Assembly: GCA_965217895.1 (NCBI GenBank)
Contig: CBDCJV010000002.1
Span: 928,001-992,000 of the forward strand
Direction: 5' to 3'
From: Waterburya sp.
GTDB lineage: Bacteria; Cyanobacteriota; Cyanobacteriia; Cyanobacteriales; Xenococcaceae
DNA length: 64,000 nt
A program made the position numbers and the translations under genes. Below the pieces are notes generated by a model, which had not been told where the DNA came from, did not search any database, and worked only from the letters and a program-made list of their open reading frames with translations. Of the stretch, positions 61,457-64,000 are shown in pieces (the stretch's first letter is position 1; each line of letters opens with the position of its first letter).

Positions 61457-63724
61457 ATTAGGCACTTTCTTGGCATCATTGCGCCAAAGATGAAGCTTTG
61501 GATAGTCATCCCAGCCAATACTAACAATTTCTAAATCACCGTCCCCATCGAGATCGGCAACTCTAGTTCCTAAATGACTTTCGTGGTTTTTATCAACCAG
61601 ATATTCCATCCAGCTAGAACCATGATTGATGTTTTTCCAAATCTTAACTTGTTTACTGCCTCGATGTTCTCCCGTTACAATATCAACTTCTCCATCTTGG
61701 TCAAAATCGACAACGTCCATGCTGTTGGTCGTATATTGAGTTGCGACTAGATGACGAGTCCAAGAAGATTGAGAATCTTCTGGTTGCTCGAACCAATAAA
61801 CATGAGCATCTGGTTTTTTACCTTCGTTTTCTTCACTAACGACCAAATCTAAACGCCCGTCACCACTTATATCCGTTAGAGAAAAGCGATCGGGCCATTG
61901 AGAAATATTACCAATTTTATGCTTAGTCCAGTTTCCTTTGCCATTATTGGGATTTGACCACCAAGCAACTTTTTTGCCCCCTGTATACATATCTCCCGCA
62001 GCAATATCAATATCACCATCGCGATCGATATCCCCAACGCCGATTCCTTCATCAGTGGCTTCATTGGTGATTAAAACGCGCTGCCAATTTCCAGCAGCAG
62101 GATTATCGGGAATTTCAAAGTAATAAATTTCCCTGTCTTGATTACCGCCTGATAAGATTATCTCTGGTTTACCGCCAGGAATAATTTGAGCTAAACGATA
62201 ACCTTGTCCATTAATATGGGCTGTTGCTGGCATTGTGGCAACCTTAGTAATCGACCACGAACTAGCTTGAGCATCTTTAGCTTCCAACCAATAAATATTC
62301 GGCAAAGCTTCAGCGATCGCATCTGCCAAGTCATCACCATCGACATCGACGATCAACATGGCATCAACATCTAGAGGGAACTTAACCCTTTGCCACTTTT
62401 TTGTCAGATCCCCGCCTGGATTGCGATAAAAATAGCGTCCCGAAATAATTTCTGCAAAACCATCTCCAGTTAAATCGCCCATAGCTAGACCAAAAAAGCG
62501 TATTTCCTGGTTAAACGATTCTCGGCTGTCATCTACCTGAATATAAGTCCAATCATTAAGAGTTAATTTGGGTTTTGAGGTCAAATTCGACCAAAGTTCG
62601 ACTACTTTATCTCCCGTGTAATTTTTACCGACAATATCTAAACTACCATCCCCACCAACATCTCCAATACGAGCGTTATGAGTACCTTTTTGAGATAGTA
62701 TAATTTGCTGCCACTTGTCAGCTTGTTCTAAATTCTCATAGATCGTGACTTGCTTATCACCAGTATTCATCTCTCCAGCAAATACATCGAGATCGCCATC
62801 GTAATCAAAATCTCCTACTTCCAAACTATGAGTACCTTGAAGCGATTTTGGCTCAATCGGATGTTCTGTCCAGCTAGGATTGGCAAACCAAGAAAGTCTA
62901 CCCTCGCCCTCAGAGTGGCTCAAAACAATATCTTGTTTACCGTCATCATTCATGTCGGCAATAATACCGCGAGTTTCCTTCCCCCAGTTGGCAGTTATTT
63001 GATGTTTTTGCCATTTCAAGCCTTGGCGATCGCTGTTTTCATACCAGTAATGACTGGCTAAAATGTCGTTATCGCCGTCTCCATCGAGATCACCAATGTC
63101 TAATCCCTCCCCTGGGGGAGTATCAATTTGGTGGCGAGTCCAAGGCTGAATAGGATCTTCTGGGGCAGCAAACCAAGTCAATTGCCTGGGTCGATCTTTG
63201 CGAAAGCTAGCAACATCAAGATTGCCATCACCATTAATATCTTTGACCACTAGATCGTGAGCAAAATGATTGCCAATTCGGTGACTTACCCAACCAGAAG
63301 CTTGAAAAGGTTTGCCTGTATTTTCCCACCAAACAATTGCATCGTTTTTATAGTCGCTTAAAACTACGTCACCATCACCATCGCCATCGAGATCGGCAAT
63401 CTCACCATCGGTAGTAAATTCACCTTCAGCGATCGCATAACGTTTCCAGTCAGGATAATGATACCAAACTGCGCCGATAGATTCTTGAGAAGCCACCATA
63501 ATATCTGCTTGGCGATCGCCATCAATATCGCCGATGGAGAGTATATCCAAACAGCAGCCGTCACCTGAAGGAGGATCGGCATCGATAACCGTATGCTGGA
63601 AGACTAAAGAGTTATTTACCAGTTGACTATTAACCTGGCGATCGCTGTTAATAACAATACCCAACAGGATTATTGCTACGGCTACAATAATTCCCAGCAA
63701 AATAACAACTGATTTTGACTTCAT
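61454..63724 (-). CDS. Membrane-anchored FG-GAP/VCBS-repeat protein (two tandem propeller-like modules)
   Basis: N-terminal TM; many DxDGDGxxD motifs followed by W-x-H/W-x-N segments; the two halves end in similar motifs (THNARIGDVGGDG / SHLGTRVADLDGDG). Confidence 0.85.
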   Translation of the reverse strand: MKSKSVVILLGIIVAVAIILLGIVINSDRQVNSQLVNNSLVFQHTVIDADPPSGDGCCLDILSIGDIDGDRQADIMVASQESIGAVWYHYPDWKRYAIAEGEFTTDGEIADLDGDGDGDVVLSDYKNDAIVWWENTGKPFQASGWVSHRIGNHFAHDLVVKDINGDGNLDVASFRKDRPRQLTWFAAPEDPIQPWTRHQIDTPPGEGLDIGDLDGDGDNDILASHYWYENSDRQGLKWQKHQITANWGKETRGIIADMNDDGKQDIVLSHSEGEGRLSWFANPSWTEHPIEPKSLQGTHSLEVGDFDYDGDLDVFAGEMNTGDKQVTIYENLEQADKWQQIILSQKGTHNARIGDVGGDGSLDIVGKNYTGDKVVELWSNLTSKPKLTLNDWTYIQVDDSRESFNQEIRFFGLAMGDLTGDGFAEIISGRYFYRNPGGDLTKKWQRVKFPLDVDAMLIVDVDGDDLADAIAEALPNIYWLEAKDAQASSWSITKVATMPATAHINGQGYRLAQIIPGGKPEIILSGGNQDREIYYFEIPDNPAAGNWQRVLITNEATDEGIGVGDIDRDGDIDIAAGDMYTGGKKVAWWSNPNNGKGNWTKHKIGNISQWPDRFSLTDISGDGRLDLVVSEENEGKKPDAHVYWFEQPEDSQSSWTRHLVATQYTTNSMDVVDFDQDGEVDIVTGEHRGSKQVKIWKNINHGSSWMEYLVDKNHESHLGTRVADLDGDGDLEIVSIGWDDYPKLHLWRNDAKKVPN

Positions 63725-63832
63725 TTGAATTTGATTTTAATTGTAATAAAATCCCCAAGCTTAAAGAAACAAATTTTCAGATATTTTCTAAGCTTAATCG
63801 AGCATTAAGCATTATTTTAATTTTTAACAACA

Positions 63833-63861
63833 CTGACACTAATCTGACATGAAGCCGACAT
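63833..63861 (+). promoter_or_regulatory. Three direct repeats at 11 bp period, candidate OmpR-family binding site
   Basis: CTGACAC (63833), CTGACAT (63844), CCGACAT (63855), then a TATATT -10-like box. Confidence 0.55.
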
Positions 63862-63925
63862 GAGTGCTGCTTATATTGTGAACATTAAATTAAAGAAAAC
63901 AATTTTTACCTAAAGAGAAAGATTG

Positions 63926-64000
63926 ATGACTAAGCAATATCAAGCAGTAGGTGTTTTTGCCAATCGACGAGAAATCGAAACAGCGTTGAGAGAACTAATT
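63926..64000 (+). CDS. General-stress-protein-like gene, 5' end only
   Basis: MTKQYQAVGVFANRREIETALRELI matches the AVGVF...E.AL..L start of this cyanobacterial family; runs off the window. Confidence 0.65.
   Translation, partial: MTKQYQAVGVFANRREIETALRELI

Overview
Ordinary-looking, AT-rich cyanobacterial chromosome segment. Evidence: psbO, sigF, prk/petH, cyanophycinase, dozens of HIP1 GCGATCGC octamers and heptamer tandem repeats; the repeat style suggests a Pleurocapsales-like strain (inference). It holds about 55 genes. Housekeeping: argC, pyrH-frr, prk, petH, rnz, thrB, ftsI-like PBP, rdgB, a phosphohexomutase and tRNA-Gln(TTG). Stress and carbohydrate genes: GT4 + GDE-like glucosidase, DUF4142, Mn-catalase, GH15, SOD, GST. 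Also amino-acid ABC transport, a KaiC-like ATPase and several pseudogenes. No CRISPR array, rRNA, prophage or recognisable defence operon. The most unusual material is non-coding: a layered set of small mobile DNAs. It includes one IS630, at least four MITEs, and 45-47 bp hairpin elements that sit after a CRTCAA site and end in TCAA (CCAA in one copy). Two of these hairpins differ almost only by compensatory base-pair changes, one has inactivated the IS630 transposase, and one has a near-identical empty site elsewhere in the window. A receiver-domain protein fused to a long helical region, paired with a zinc-ribbon/TM/PstS-like protein, is the most unusual protein-coding module.
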